Positions 9,155 through 19,165 are shown, counted from the first letter of the stretch. The stretch is 29,999 nt of DNA from Candidatus Wolframiiraptor sinensis (GCA_023261815.1 JALNKA010000013.1:1-29999), one strand, 5' to 3'. Made by a program: numbers and translations. Notes: generated by a model not told the origin, from the sequence alone.

Positions 9155-10336
9155 CTAAAGCTTCTCCCCAAAGTATTTCTCCGAAGCGTTTTTAACCCGC
9201 TCAAGGAAGGGCAGATCGGCATAGACCCTGATCACGATATACATTCTCGAAGTGAACTCTAGTAGCGGTGAGGAATATTCCACGGGCCTCAGCTCGCCGT
9301 GTCTCTCCTCGTAGAAAGCTATCCTCTCACTATCCCTGAAGGGGAGTGGGGTTATGTATGGCGTGTCGAGCCAGATTCTATCCTCCGGAACGCCTGAAAG
9401 CGACGAAATCTCACCTATAACCTGCTCTGGGCTCCTCAGGATCTCCGCCGGAACCTCCTCCTCCCTGAGCCTCAACTCGTAAGCGACCTTCGGTATGATC
9501 CTCCTCTCGATCCTATCTATTATCCACCGAGTCTTGTCATTGGACTTCATGAGACACCAGATCGTGTAGTCGTCGTGGCTGAGATACTCCTCGACGCTCA
9601 TGCTCGGGAGGCCTGAGACCTCTTCCAAGAGCTTTGCGCCCGAGAGGAAAAGCATTTGAGCGGCCCTCGCCGTATGGTGAAGATAGATGTTCATGAAGTT
9701 CTGATACCTCGCCAGGGCCATCTCCTCGACCGCTCCCACGGCGTTTATGTTGATCGCCAGCTTTCCATCCACGAGCCTGCTCCTGAGAACTATCCTCCTG
9801 ACGTCTATCAGGCCATAAGGCGCGCCGGTGAAATATGAGTCGCGGACGAGGAAGTCGAGCTTATCCGCGTCTATTGGCCCGCTTATCACCGTGGACTCCG
9901 GCACCCTCCCCTCAACCACGCTTATAACATCTTTCAAGGCGATTCCGCACTTCTCAACCGCGTCCCCGAGCTCCGGATCCTCCTCGAGAACTTTTGCGGT
10001 CATGGCTTCGTGATTCGATCCAGCCCTCTCCAATATCGCCTCGAAGAGGTGGGAGTAGGGAGTGTGGCCCACGTCATGGATAAGCCCGGCGATCCTCAGA
10101 ACCCTCACTTTATACTCGTCCAGCCCTAGGCTCCTCGCAAACTCCCCGGCGAGATGCATGCACCCGAGCGAGTGGTCGAACCTGCTATGCCTTGCGCCCG
10201 GATAAACCAGGTGTACGAATGGAAGCTGGCTTATCCTCCTAAGCCTCTGAACAGCCCTAGTATCGATCACCTGAAGCTCCTCGCCTGAGACTTCGATGTA
10301 CCCGTGAACGGGATCCTTGATCAGCTTGAGGGGCAA
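9155..10336 (-). CDS. HD-domain phosphohydrolase (SAMHD1/dNTPase-like)
   Basis: IKDPVHGYI, QRLRRISQL, HSRFDHSLG, HDVGHTPYSH and DADKLDFLVRD. Confidence 0.92.
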   Translation of the reverse strand: MPLKLIKDPVHGYIEVSGEELQVIDTRAVQRLRRISQLPFVHLVYPGARHSRFDHSLGCMHLAGEFARSLGLDEYKVRVLRIAGLIHDVGHTPYSHLFEAILERAGSNHEAMTAKVLEEDPELGDAVEKCGIALKDVISVVEGRVPESTVISGPIDADKLDFLVRDSYFTGAPYGLIDVRRIVLRSRLVDGKLAININAVGAVEEMALARYQNFMNIYLHHTARAAQMLFLSGAKLLEEVSGLPSMSVEEYLSHDDYTIWCLMKSNDKTRWIIDRIERRIIPKVAYELRLREEEVPAEILRSPEQVIGEISSLSGVPEDRIWLDTPYITPLPFRDSERIAFYEERHGELRPVEYSSPLLEFTSRMYIVIRVYADLPFLERVKNASEKYFGEKL

Positions 10337-10371
10337 CCCGCGAGAAGACTAGCCGGCGCCCGATAAAAATA

Positions 10372-10971
10372 CTATCGCCGATCACTCAGGGCTCTCTCAA
10401 CAATCGAGGCCACCTCCGAGAAAACCTCATTCACGGGCCCTCTTGCATCGACCCTGACAAGCTCACCCCTACCCACGTACTCGAGATACTTCTCCCTAAC
10501 GCGCTCCAAGAAGGCCTCGTCCTCGAATCTACTCCTCTTTCTCCGCCTCCTCAGCCTATTAAGGCCCTCAGAGGCGCCGATATCGAGGTAGATCCCGAGA
10601 TCAGGTCTCCTCGCGAACTTGTTTATCTCCTCAACCCACTCCTGCTCTCCCGTCGCGACCGACTGGTATGCGAGCGATGAGTGGAGATATCTATCCGAGA
10701 CCACGATGAAGCCCTTCTCGAGGAGGGGCATTATCACGCGCTCGAGGTGATGAAGCCTATCAGCCGCGAAGAGAAGCGCCTCCACCCTCGAATCAACGCG
10801 CCTCGCGTAGGCCATGGATCTCAGGATTTTACCAAATGGCCCGCTAGTCGGCTCACAGGTATAGCGCGCTTCAAAACCCCTCTTCCCGAGCCACTCGACG
10901 AGAAGCCTCGCTTGCGTCGTCTTCCCCGACCCATCTATACCCTCAACCGCGATCAAGAATCCAGCCGGCAT
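10372..10971 (-). CDS. tmk: Thymidylate (dTMP) kinase
   Basis: EGIDGSGKTTQ P-loop, EPT, LLFAADR and SDRYLHSSLAYQ. Confidence 0.95.
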   Translation of the reverse strand: MPAGFLIAVEGIDGSGKTTQARLLVEWLGKRGFEARYTCEPTSGPFGKILRSMAYARRVDSRVEALLFAADRLHHLERVIMPLLEKGFIVVSDRYLHSSLAYQSVATGEQEWVEEINKFARRPDLGIYLDIGASEGLNRLRRRRKRSRFEDEAFLERVREKYLEYVGRGELVRVDARGPVNEVFSEVASIVERALSDRR

Positions 10972-11177
10972 TCAGAGTAGCATCCCAGCTTTGACAAAAT
11001 AAATTATTTGCCCCCACGCGCTGCTCGGCCGAAGTGCGATGAAGGAGATCTCGCCACCGACTAGCTTAGAAGGATGGGGACGAATTCCCAGATCACCGTA
11101 GAGAGGACATTCTGACGATGCGGGAGATACGATTCAAAAACTCATGCACTTTCCGAAGAGCATAGAGAATGAGAATG

Positions 11178-11262
11178 CGCGGCGGGCGGGATTTGAACCC
11201 GCGAGGCCCATCGGGCCACAGGCTTAGCAGGCCTGCCCCCTACCAGGCTAGGGAACCGCCGC
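11178..11262 (-). tRNA. tRNA-Ser(GCT), CCA not encoded
   Basis: Acceptor GCGGCGG/CCGCCGC, anticodon arm CAGGC-CT GCT AA-GCCTG, long variable arm, T-arm GCGGG-TTCAAAT-CCCGC, discriminator G. Confidence 0.96.
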
Positions 11263-11263
11263 A

Positions 11264-11316
11264 TCGGTGAATTCCCTACCCAGGTGCTGGTGTTTTGGGT
11301 AGGGATTCATCACCGA
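11264..11316. repeat. Imperfect inverted repeat / hairpin abutting the tRNA-Ser 5' end
   Basis: TCGGTGA..TCCCTACCCA pairs with TGGGTAGGGA..TCACCGA. Confidence 0.8.
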
Positions 11317-11352
11317 AAAGATCGCTATCCCGCGATTTAGACGTTTCGGTTT

Positions 11353-11541
11353 GTGAGGGTTTTGAGGGCGAAATCGGAGGGCACGAATAGAAATTATAGA
11401 GGTGCGGTGAAGGCGTTCGTGGAGGTTTGCGGTTTCAAAAGCCTTCGAGAGGCCGCTTCAAAGGCGGATGAGAAATCGGCTATACTTCCACGGGGTCAAG
11501 AGCTTCCTAGAGCTATTCGAGAAGAACATCAACTGGAATAG
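11353..11541 (+). pseudogene. Tyrosine recombinase/integrase N-terminal (SAM-like) remnant
   Basis: KSEGTNRNYRGAVKAFVEVCG resembles the S..T..NY..AL..F helix of integrase N-domains. In-frame TAG at 11338 upstream; no catalytic domain follows. Confidence 0.5.
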
Positions 11542-11963
11542 GGTCTCGAGACCTGCTACCCCCTAAGAAGAACGTCAGATTCGGAGAAGCGGTTCTGAAG
11601 GCCGTTGTCGAGGAAGTTCTGAAACATCTCAGCCTACAAAAAGATTAGCGGTTTGGTTGATCTGGGCGTCCGGCCCCGGGTTCACGGCTTCAGGATCGGC
11701 GCGAACCCCTTGGTCATGATGCTCTTCGGAGGTCAAGCCTAAAACCCGCTTCTACGCGGTACAAACTAGGAAAGAAACTCTGATACCTCAGCTAATGCCA
11801 ATAATCTAAGAAGTCAGTAGAATAGATCATCTGATTGATGATTATTGTTCATACTCTATGCTGTATAATAGTAGAATGAAGGTTTTGACGACGCTCACCT
11901 AGAAAGCGTCAGATTCTCAGAACTAATACTTGTTAGTACATTTCTTCCTATTTCTCTTCCACG

Positions 11964-12704
11964 ATGACTCAGGATTTCATCATTGTTATTATTGGTTTAC
12001 TCATTCTTGCTACGATCTCAGGGATGCTAGGGCTTGGCGTTGCTTTTGCAGCGGTGCATTCCTTGGACTATTTCTTCCCCGACCTTATTCATCAAGTACA
12101 GCCCCTCAGCCTTCTGCTGAATGGTGTAACTGCGATGTTTTCCGCTTACGGTTTTGCGAGGAGCGGCTTTGTAGATTGGAGGAAGGCCATCATGCTGGCG
12201 ATCGTAACAACTCTATCCGCGCCTATCGGAGCTTATCTTGTACAGTTTATAGACCAGGTCTACGTGTGGCTTGTCTATTTTGTCTCAGTCATGTACCTTG
12301 CATATAGATTGTTCAAGCCTGTTAAAGAACGCATGGGTAAAGAGAATTTCAGAGTAGCAATTATACTCGCTATCCCGATCTCAATACTTTCTGGGTTTCT
12401 CGGCGTCGGCCCTGGATTTCTACTTATGCCAACTCTTATCCTAGTTGGATTTGACCTGAAGAGGGCTGCCGGCATAAACGCGTTTGCGGTAACTCCTCCT
12501 TCATTTTCATCTCTTATACCGCATTTACCGACCGCCCAATGGAATATCACGTTGACGTTGTCACTTCTCGTGGTAGGAGCACTTGGGTCTTTTGCTGGTG
12601 CGAGGATTACGAGCCTTTATATTCCGAGTAAAAGAATTAAACAAATCTTCGGGATCCTCATAGTGGTTATGACACTCTACAAGATATATACTTTAGTTAG
12701 ATAA
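11964..12704 (+). CDS. Sulfite exporter TauE/SafE (TSUP) family membrane protein
   Basis: Two repeats SGMLGLGVA and SGFLGVGPG, plus APIGAYL and GSFAGARI; about 8 TM segments; codon use more AT-rich than the flanks. Confidence 0.9.
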   Translation: MTQDFIIVIIGLLILATISGMLGLGVAFAAVHSLDYFFPDLIHQVQPLSLLLNGVTAMFSAYGFARSGFVDWRKAIMLAIVTTLSAPIGAYLVQFIDQVYVWLVYFVSVMYLAYRLFKPVKERMGKENFRVAIILAIPISILSGFLGVGPGFLLMPTLILVGFDLKRAAGINAFAVTPPSFSSLIPHLPTAQWNITLTLSLLVVGALGSFAGARITSLYIPSKRIKQIFGILIVVMTLYKIYTLVR

Positions 12705-12946
12705 CATCCCTCAACCATAGGGCATGTATGGAATCTTCAAATAATCTAGCTTCTTAACCTCGTTGCTTATCTTGATAATCAAAGGCATACCACTTATAAC
12801 TTGGGCATACTGCATTTATCTAAGGGAAGCGTTCTCAATTGCTTGCTTAGATCGGCGCTCAAGATTTCAATCATCCTTTAATGGTCAGCCTGGGGGGCAA
12901 GACGTAAATAACGATCGTGGGTAGAGAGGCCGAGAATGTTATTTTA

Positions 12947-12971
12947 ACCAGGTTGGGGGACCGCCGCATCG
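12947..12971 (-). repeat. Copy of the tRNA-Ser 5' end plus 4 leader nucleotides (att-like)
   Basis: ACCAGGTTGGGGGACCGCCGCATCG versus ACCAGGCTAGGGAACCGCCGCATCG at 11242-11266. Confidence 0.75.
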
Positions 12972-13106
12972 AGCTCCTAATTCGATTTCCTCGTGGGCAG
13001 AATTAAAGGTTTCAGCAGCTCTTCTTTATTTGTTGTTTTTAAGTCTTGGCGGTTAATCTTTTAACCGAGCCTTTGCAGGACATTATCCAGGTCAGGTGGA
13101 TAGGGG

Positions 13107-13367
13107 GTGTCTAAACGCCCTTCCTTGTCTAGGCTCGTCCTTGACGTGCTGAAGCCGCATATCCCGGATCTCATCGAGTTCTGCAAATCGCTTTCAGAGG
13201 TTGATGGTGTGAGAAAGGTCTCGGCAGTCGTCATGGAGGTTGACGCGGAGACCGATACCGTGAAAATCACGGTCGAGGGAAGGGAGATAGACTTCGAGGC
13301 ATTGAAGGAGCGGGTGAGGGGGATGGGCGGCGCGATTCACAGCGTGGATGAGGTGGTTTTCGAGTAG
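13107..13367 (+). CDS. DUF211 family protein
   Basis: RLVLDVLKPH and GGAIHSVDEV signatures; GTG start. Confidence 0.9.
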   Translation: MSKRPSLSRLVLDVLKPHIPDLIEFCKSLSEVDGVRKVSAVVMEVDAETDTVKITVEGREIDFEALKERVRGMGGAIHSVDEVVFE

Positions 13368-13379
13368 AAAAGGTGGTGA

Positions 13380-13970
13380 ATGAGAATGTTCAGGAGCACG
13401 ATCTCGCGAATACTAAGATACTCGGGCGCCGGGGAGTTCTCGAGAAGATACGCGGTGATGAACGCGTTCGACGGGGTCGTTGCGATCCTCGGGATAGTTC
13501 TCGGCTCGACGCTGCTTGGTGAGGCGAGCGCGGGCAATATAATCGCCGCCGGAGTTGGCGCGCTAGTGGCCATGGGCGTTTCCGGCGTGAGCGGGACATA
13601 CATGGCCGAGAGGGCGGAGCAGGAGAGGAAGCTAAAGGAGATCGAGGAGGCGATGCTCACGAAGCTTAACGGCTCGATTATAGCCGAGGCAAGGAAGAGG
13701 GCGGCGATCTTCTCCGCGATAGTGGATGCCCTCGCTGCGATTTTAGCCGGCTTGATCCCGTTATCACCCTACCTAGCTGCTCTCTCCGGCCTGCTAACCC
13801 TAGACCTAGCCTTCCACATGTCAGTAGGCGTATCCCTGGCCTTCCTATTCACTTTGGGCGTCTTCTTGGGGAAGATCGCGAGGAATAACCTGATAATTTC
13901 CGGACTCAAGTCTCTCGCGATAGGAGTGGCGACTATTCTCCTGATAACGCTGCTGAATCTAATCCTTTAA
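13380..13970 (+). CDS. VIT1/CCC1 family Fe/Mn transporter-like protein
   Basis: RRYAVMNAFDG, AMGVSG..GTYMAERAE and PLSPY; sits next to DUF211, a common archaeal pairing. Confidence 0.88.
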   Translation: MRMFRSTISRILRYSGAGEFSRRYAVMNAFDGVVAILGIVLGSTLLGEASAGNIIAAGVGALVAMGVSGVSGTYMAERAEQERKLKEIEEAMLTKLNGSIIAEARKRAAIFSAIVDALAAILAGLIPLSPYLAALSGLLTLDLAFHMSVGVSLAFLFTLGVFLGKIARNNLIISGLKSLAIGVATILLITLLNLIL

Positions 13971-14979
13971 GCTCCTCAGGCCTGTAAACACCCCTCTCCG
14001 TGATGATGCACGTTACCAGCTCCGGCGGCGTAATGTCGAAGGCCGGGTTCCAGGCCTCAACCCCCTCGGGCGCTATCCGCTTTCCGCCGATGTAGAGAAC
14101 CTCTCTCGGATCTCTCTCCTCGATTACAACGTCCTCGAGCCCGCTCTTGAAGTCTATCGTAGATGTCGGCGCGGCGACAAGGAATGGTATCCCGTGATGC
14201 TTCGCGCATATCGCGTGGCATAATGTCCCGATCTTGTTTATTACGTGGCCCGTCTTGGCGAGTATCCTGTCCGCCCCGACTATCACCTTATCGACTTCCC
14301 CGCGCTGCATGAGGAACGCCGCCATGTTGTCCGTTATCAGCTTAACGGGTATTCCATCTCTCAAAAGCTCCCATGCTGTGAGTCTCGCGCCCTGAAGTTT
14401 CGGCCGGGTCTCACACGCGTAAACAATCACCTTCTTGCCTTGAGCGTGCGCTGCCCTTATCACCCCGAGAGCAGTCCCGTAGCCCGCGGTAGCGAGAGCG
14501 CCTGCGTTGCAGTGAGTCAGTATGCGATCCCCATCCTCAATCAGTCTCGCGCCGTTCTCGCCTATCTTCCTATTCGCCTCGATATCCTCCCGCATGATTC
14601 TGAGAGCCTCCTCCACGAGCCTAGACCTCATCTCCTCAACCGACTCAGAGGATTCGGCGGTCTTCATCATTCTATCGAGTGCCCAGAATAGGTTCACGGC
14701 GGTGGGCCTGCTGCTCCCAAGCACCTCGCAGCTTCTCCTAAGCTGCTCTAGAATCTTCTCGCGGGTCTTGGCCTTGGAGTGGTAAGCTGTTAGCGCGATC
14801 CCCATCGCGGCCGCGACCCCTATCGCGGGAGCCCCCCTTATCGCCATATCCCTTATGGCCTTGGCAACCTGCCTCGCCGTCCTGAGGCGGAGATACTTCA
14901 CCCTATGAGGTAGAAGCCTTTGATCCAGGATCTCGACGACCCCATCCGACCATCTTATCGTTGAGATCTCTGAGATCAT
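13933..14979 (-). CDS. mtnA: S-methyl-5-thioribose-1-phosphate isomerase
   Basis: LDQRLLP, IRGAPAIG, RPTAVNL, THCNAGALAT, ETRPKLQGARLTAWEL, NKIGT and NPAFDITP. Confidence 0.95.
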   Translation of the reverse strand: MISEISTIRWSDGVVEILDQRLLPHRVKYLRLRTARQVAKAIRDMAIRGAPAIGVAAAMGIALTAYHSKAKTREKILEQLRRSCEVLGSSRPTAVNLFWALDRMMKTAESSESVEEMRSRLVEEALRIMREDIEANRKIGENGARLIEDGDRILTHCNAGALATAGYGTALGVIRAAHAQGKKVIVYACETRPKLQGARLTAWELLRDGIPVKLITDNMAAFLMQRGEVDKVIVGADRILAKTGHVINKIGTLCHAICAKHHGIPFLVAAPTSTIDFKSGLEDVVIEERDPREVLYIGGKRIAPEGVEAWNPAFDITPPELVTCIITERGVYRPEELKGLDSAALSGE

Positions 14980-14994
14980 CTTCAGGCGACCCTC

Positions 14995-15978
14995 TTATAT
15001 GATGCTCTTTAAGTTTATGTCCACGACCTTTCCTGTCTCCATGGACTGGAGGATCGCCTCCGCGATGGCCACGGCCTTCAATCCATCGAGCGCGTCCACC
15101 ATCGGCCTCCTGCCATTCGACACGCATTCTATGAAGTGCTGTAGCTCGAGCTTGAGGGGCTCCTCCTGCTTGACTATCGGCTCGATCACCATGTCAGCCT
15201 TCTCGAGGGAGACTTCCTGCGTTAGGAACTTTATCGAGATGACGCCGCCGCTCCCTGTGAGCTCCATTTCCCTCTTCTTCCTAGGCGTGAGCCAGTTCGC
15301 CTCTATGAATGCCGCCTTCAAGCCGTTCTCGAATGAAAGTATAGCCTGAACATGATCCTCGAGCTCGTGGAATAGCCTTCCACCCCTCGCGTAAACCTGC
15401 ATTGGATCCTTCTTCAAAATGAATCTCGTGAGATCTATGTCGTGGATCGCGGTGTCCTTGACCACGCCAACATCCCCAACCCTCTCCGGCCACCAGCCAA
15501 TTCTCCTGCCATGAATCATCAGCACATCCCCTATCTCATCGGTCTCAAGAAGCTCCACGGCCTTCCTTACAGCCGGATTAAACCTCTCGATGAAGCCCGT
15601 CATGACTATCCTATTGCTCGAGTTCATCGCATCAATTATCTTGATGCAGCCGTCGATGCTGGAAGCCAGCGGCTTCTCAACGAAAGTGTGCAAGCCAACC
15701 TCGAGGGCCTTGACAGCGCACTCGGCGTGGGTGATGGATGGCGTGCAGATGGTTACGGCGTCGAGGTCTTCTCGACCGATCATCTCGTCCAGGCTCACAT
15801 AATATTTCTCCACGCCATACTCTCTCGCCACCCTCCTCGCCCTCTCCTCATTCACATCGCATATGGCTGAGATCGTTACGCCGAGGGACTTTAATACTCT
15901 TATGTGGTTTCTGCCCCAGGCTCCAACCCCCACAACACCGATCTTCAGATTCTCCTGCAAGCTCCTCGGATCCACCAT
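14995..15978 (-). CDS. Gfo/Idh/MocA NAD-dependent oxidoreductase (nucleotide-sugar 3-dehydrogenase-like)
   Basis: GVVGVGAWG, EKPLA, ERFNP and DTAIHDID. Confidence 0.92.
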   Translation of the reverse strand: MVDPRSLQENLKIGVVGVGAWGRNHIRVLKSLGVTISAICDVNEERARRVAREYGVEKYYVSLDEMIGREDLDAVTICTPSITHAECAVKALEVGLHTFVEKPLASSIDGCIKIIDAMNSSNRIVMTGFIERFNPAVRKAVELLETDEIGDVLMIHGRRIGWWPERVGDVGVVKDTAIHDIDLTRFILKKDPMQVYARGGRLFHELEDHVQAILSFENGLKAAFIEANWLTPRKKREMELTGSGGVISIKFLTQEVSLEKADMVIEPIVKQEEPLKLELQHFIECVSNGRRPMVDALDGLKAVAIAEAILQSMETGKVVDINLKSII

Positions 15979-15992
15979 TAAGCCACCTGTTC

Positions 15993-16241
15993 TTAAATCT
16001 CCCGCTTTCTAGAAAGTAGAATCTTGTAAAGCCAGAGTCTCGTGAGCTTATACCATCCGAGAACCCAAGCTCCGGCGATTAGAAGCCCTAGAATCACTCT
16101 CGCTATGCTTATCAGAGTATCTCCAGGAAATTCCAGAGTGTATAATATCGTGATCGCCACTACGTAGCTTACTAGGAGAAGCGACGCCCAGATTATCAGC
16201 ATGAGAACGATAATCGCGAGAACGTTTCTCGACAAGCTCAT
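15993..16241 (-). CDS. Small two-TM membrane protein
   Basis: Two hydrophobic segments; fills the gap between co-oriented genes. Confidence 0.7.
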   Translation of the reverse strand: MSLSRNVLAIIVLMLIIWASLLLVSYVVAITILYTLEFPGDTLISIARVILGLLIAGAWVLGWYKLTRLWLYKILLSRKREI

Positions 16242-16247
16242 CCAGCA

Positions 16248-17210
16248 TCAGCCTCCCAGCAGGAGGTTCGTCAAGAACCCGAGGAGCGCGGCGAAGGCCG
16301 AGATCAGGGCCATAGCGTAGACCGCCCTTCTCTCATCAACCTTGATGCCCGCGCATATCATTCTGAGAAGGGTTATCGGGGCATCGGGCTCTCTCGACGC
16401 GGTCAATGCTCCATCCTCGAGCACTACGGGTCTCTTGCCAACGCCCTTCGCGGACCTGATTCCCCGGATGGAGAAGAGCACGTACATCTCATTCATTATT
16501 TGTGGTATGAGCGCTATTATCGCCGCTACCTCAATGCTCCCGACCACGGCTATGGATGTCATGCCCGCTCCGAGGAAAAGGCTCCCGGAGTTCCCGATGA
16601 AAGTCTTGGCGGGATACATGTTGTAGGGAAGCATGGCCGCGGCGGCGGCGAGAAATATCAAGCTCAGCAGAAGAAGATGATAATCGCCCCGCAAGTAAAA
16701 TATCGCGGCGCTCATTATGAAGAATGGGATGGATGTGAGCAGCGCGGAGCCGTTTAGGACGTCGACGCTGTTGACGGCGTTGCAGACTATTGGATACGAT
16801 GCCATGATGAGCATGGGGTATACCTTGTAGAGCCTCGCCCTCCCGAGGAATGGGATGAGCGGCCTGGGATAATACGCCTCGAAAGCGAGTATCGGTAATG
16901 ATGCGAAGACGAGTAGGAGGGGCTTGAGCCTCGGATTAATCTCCTCACGCAGGTCCTCAATGAAGCCTATTGCCGCGGCGATCAAGCAGGAGAGGATTAT
17001 GGGCACGAAAACGCGGATTCCGCTTATGTATGCTCCGGTGAGCATACCGGCGACCGCGCCGAGAGCGATTGCGAGGCCCCCAGTCTTCGGGACTACCGGC
17101 TTCCAGGGCTTATGAACGTCCACGCCCGTGATTCCGAGCCGCCTACCAAGCGCGATTGCCGCGGGCGCCAGAAAAAACGTTACTAAGCCTGAGACGACGG
17201 CTTCAAGCAT
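16248..17210 (-). CDS. MraY/GPT family polyprenyl-phosphate GlcNAc-1-phosphate transferase (AglH-like)
   Basis: GVDVHKP, PKTGGL, GFIEDL, NAVNSVDVLNG and YPAKTFIGNSGS; multi-TM. Confidence 0.88.
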   Translation of the reverse strand: MLEAVVSGLVTFFLAPAAIALGRRLGITGVDVHKPWKPVVPKTGGLAIALGAVAGMLTGAYISGIRVFVPIILSCLIAAAIGFIEDLREEINPRLKPLLLVFASLPILAFEAYYPRPLIPFLGRARLYKVYPMLIMASYPIVCNAVNSVDVLNGSALLTSIPFFIMSAAIFYLRGDYHLLLLSLIFLAAAAAMLPYNMYPAKTFIGNSGSLFLGAGMTSIAVVGSIEVAAIIALIPQIMNEMYVLFSIRGIRSAKGVGKRPVVLEDGALTASREPDAPITLLRMICAGIKVDERRAVYAMALISAFAALLGFLTNLLLGG

Positions 17211-17382
17211 CCTCGCCCTCAGAATAAGGCTTCGGATAAAAACCTTGATCTCGCTCGTGCTTAAGGGATTTGGTGTGCTAGGGGGTCGAGGTGGCTTATT
17301 GATCTTACTACCAGGATATTACTGTCCGCGTCCGCAACGAATGATTCTCAACCATAACCTATAAAGCAGCGCTCAGCGGACG

Positions 17383-17883
17383 TTGTATCGGGAGTTGATT
17401 AGCAGGCTCGTAGCCGCCTCGATCGCCTCCTACATCCTCTTCCTACTCCCCTATCTAGTATCGGTGTTCTTGATGATCCAGCCGATGATCCTGAACGTGA
17501 TGGTTCTGTTGGTGGCGATGGTTTCGGCGGCGATCTCGGGCTTCCTAATTCATGGCTCCCGCTCAATCATACCTCCGCTCGCGGGCTCCGCGGCATCGCT
17601 TCTAACAAACCACATCTCAGAAGGGCTCCTAAATATCTCGTCTCAGGTGTACCTCGACTGGCCCTACTGGGCTTTAGGCTTTCTCGCATCCCCGGCGCTA
17701 GCTCTTCTAGTCGCCGACATTATGGCTGAAAGGAAGGTTAAGCAGGAGGCTGAATCAGTGGAGCTCGTGAAGCCCGAGATCGAGGAAGCGGAGCTGATGG
17801 AGTGTCCTGCATGCGGCGGCCAGATACCATCGGACTCCATTTACTGCCCATTATGCGGCTCCAGGGTTGCTGAGGAGAGATGA
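17383..17883 (+). CDS. Membrane protein with C-terminal zinc ribbon
   Basis: Four hydrophobic segments followed by CPACG...YCPLCG. Confidence 0.8.
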   Translation: MYRELISRLVAASIASYILFLLPYLVSVFLMIQPMILNVMVLLVAMVSAAISGFLIHGSRSIIPPLAGSAASLLTNHISEGLLNISSQVYLDWPYWALGFLASPALALLVADIMAERKVKQEAESVELVKPEIEEAELMECPACGGQIPSDSIYCPLCGSRVAEER

Positions 17884-18758
17884 GGGTGAGGTTTCTGGCC
17901 TTCGATAGTATGGGGACTCGGAGCATGTGCACGCTGATTGAGGCGGATGATGCGCGGATCATCATAGATCCGGGAATAGCTCTCGGGCCGAGGCGCTATG
18001 GCCTTAAGCTGCATCCGCTGGAGCTCGAGAGGCTGAGAGAACATAAGCGCGCCATCAAGCAGGAGGCATCCAGCGCCGACCTCATAATAATCACGCATTA
18101 TCATTATGATCATTTTCCGAGGCCCGGCGAGGATGTCGGCTGGCTGAGGGGCAAGAAGATATTGCTCAAGGACCCGGAGCGCATGATAAACTTCAGTCAG
18201 AGGGTTAGGTCGCGGATCTTCATCGAGAAGCTGAGAAAGCTCGATGTCCGAGTCGAGGTCGCGGACTCCAGGGAGGTGAGGGTCGGTGGGTGCAGGATCA
18301 GGTTCTCGAGCCCGGTCGAACACGGGAGCGACCTTCAGCTCGGCCACGTGCTGGAGGTCCTCGTAAATGATCGCGGCGAGAAGATGATATATTCCTCGGA
18401 TGTCGAGGGCTTCGTCTCTAGGGGTCAGGCGGGGTTCGTGCTGGAGAATAGGCCGGATATGCTGGTCTGCGATGGCCCCATGACATACATGCTCGGATAC
18501 AGGCTCGCGGATCACGAGCTCGAGGAGTCTCTCAAGAACCTTTCCGAGATCATCAGCGGAAAATTCCTCCAAGAAATGATCATCGATCATCATCTTCTCA
18601 GGGATCTTGAGTGGAGGAGCAGGATAAGGCCCGTAATCGAGCTGGCGGAGGCGTGCGGCGTGAAGATATGCACCGCAGCCGCTCACATGGGGTTAAAGGA
18701 GGATCTCTTCGAAGCAAATAGAAAAATGCTTTACGAGAAGCTCGACGGGAAGGGCTAG
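17880..18758 (+). CDS. MBL-fold metallo-hydrolase (UPF0282 family)
   Basis: DSMGTRSMCT, DPGIALGPRRYGL, THYHYDH, YSSDVEG and DHHLLRD; 4-nt overlap with the upstream gene. Confidence 0.9.
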   Translation: MRVRFLAFDSMGTRSMCTLIEADDARIIIDPGIALGPRRYGLKLHPLELERLREHKRAIKQEASSADLIIITHYHYDHFPRPGEDVGWLRGKKILLKDPERMINFSQRVRSRIFIEKLRKLDVRVEVADSREVRVGGCRIRFSSPVEHGSDLQLGHVLEVLVNDRGEKMIYSSDVEGFVSRGQAGFVLENRPDMLVCDGPMTYMLGYRLADHELEESLKNLSEIISGKFLQEMIIDHHLLRDLEWRSRIRPVIELAEACGVKICTAAAHMGLKEDLFEANRKMLYEKLDGKG

Positions 18759-18781
18759 GATACGCGCCCTTTACTCGGTAT

Positions 18782-19069
18782 CTATCTCTTGCGCAGCGCG
18801 CCCCTCGGATCCCTGATCAACAGGACCATCTCCCACATCATCAGGGCCGCCAGAAGCATCGTGAAGCCCAGTAATGCGGCTTCCGGCGTCAGCTCGAGAA
18901 ACTCGCCGCCCTCGATCAAGTAGCCCATCACGCGATCCACTAGGGCCATAATCGTACCACCCCAGAGCAGGAGGCATAGAAGCCTCAGCATGTACATGTC
19001 ATTGTCGGCCATCGAATACCATAGCAGTGTAACAATGGCGGCCGCGAATGCCAGAATTATGAGCCACAT
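18782..19069 (-). CDS. Conserved hypothetical membrane protein (LLWGG motif)
   Basis: Three TM segments; SD GGAG upstream; divergent promoter. Confidence 0.75.
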   Translation of the reverse strand: MWLIILAFAAAIVTLLWYSMADNDMYMLRLLCLLLWGGTIMALVDRVMGYLIEGGEFLELTPEAALLGFTMLLAALMMWEMVLLIRDPRGALRKR

Positions 19070-19094
19070 GCTCTACTCCTCGGTGCAACCCAGG

Positions 19095-19118
19095 ATAAAC
19101 CTTTCTAGAAAGGTTTAT
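19095..19118. promoter_or_regulatory. Perfect 24-bp palindrome giving back-to-back BRE/TATA-like elements
   Basis: ATAAACCTTTCTAGAAAGGTTTAT; both strands read AGAAAGG-TTTAT toward a gene. Confidence 0.7.
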
Positions 19119-19165
19119 ATTGGTGTTACCAACAGCGCCTTCCGTGTTACAAGGGGAGAAGCGCC

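Larger units (their letters stand above)
11242..12971. mobile_element. Degraded integrated element at the 5' end of tRNA-Ser
   Basis: Imperfect direct repeat (22/25) at 11242-11266 and 12947-12971. It encloses an integrase-like remnant and an AT-richer tauE gene. Confidence 0.65.
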
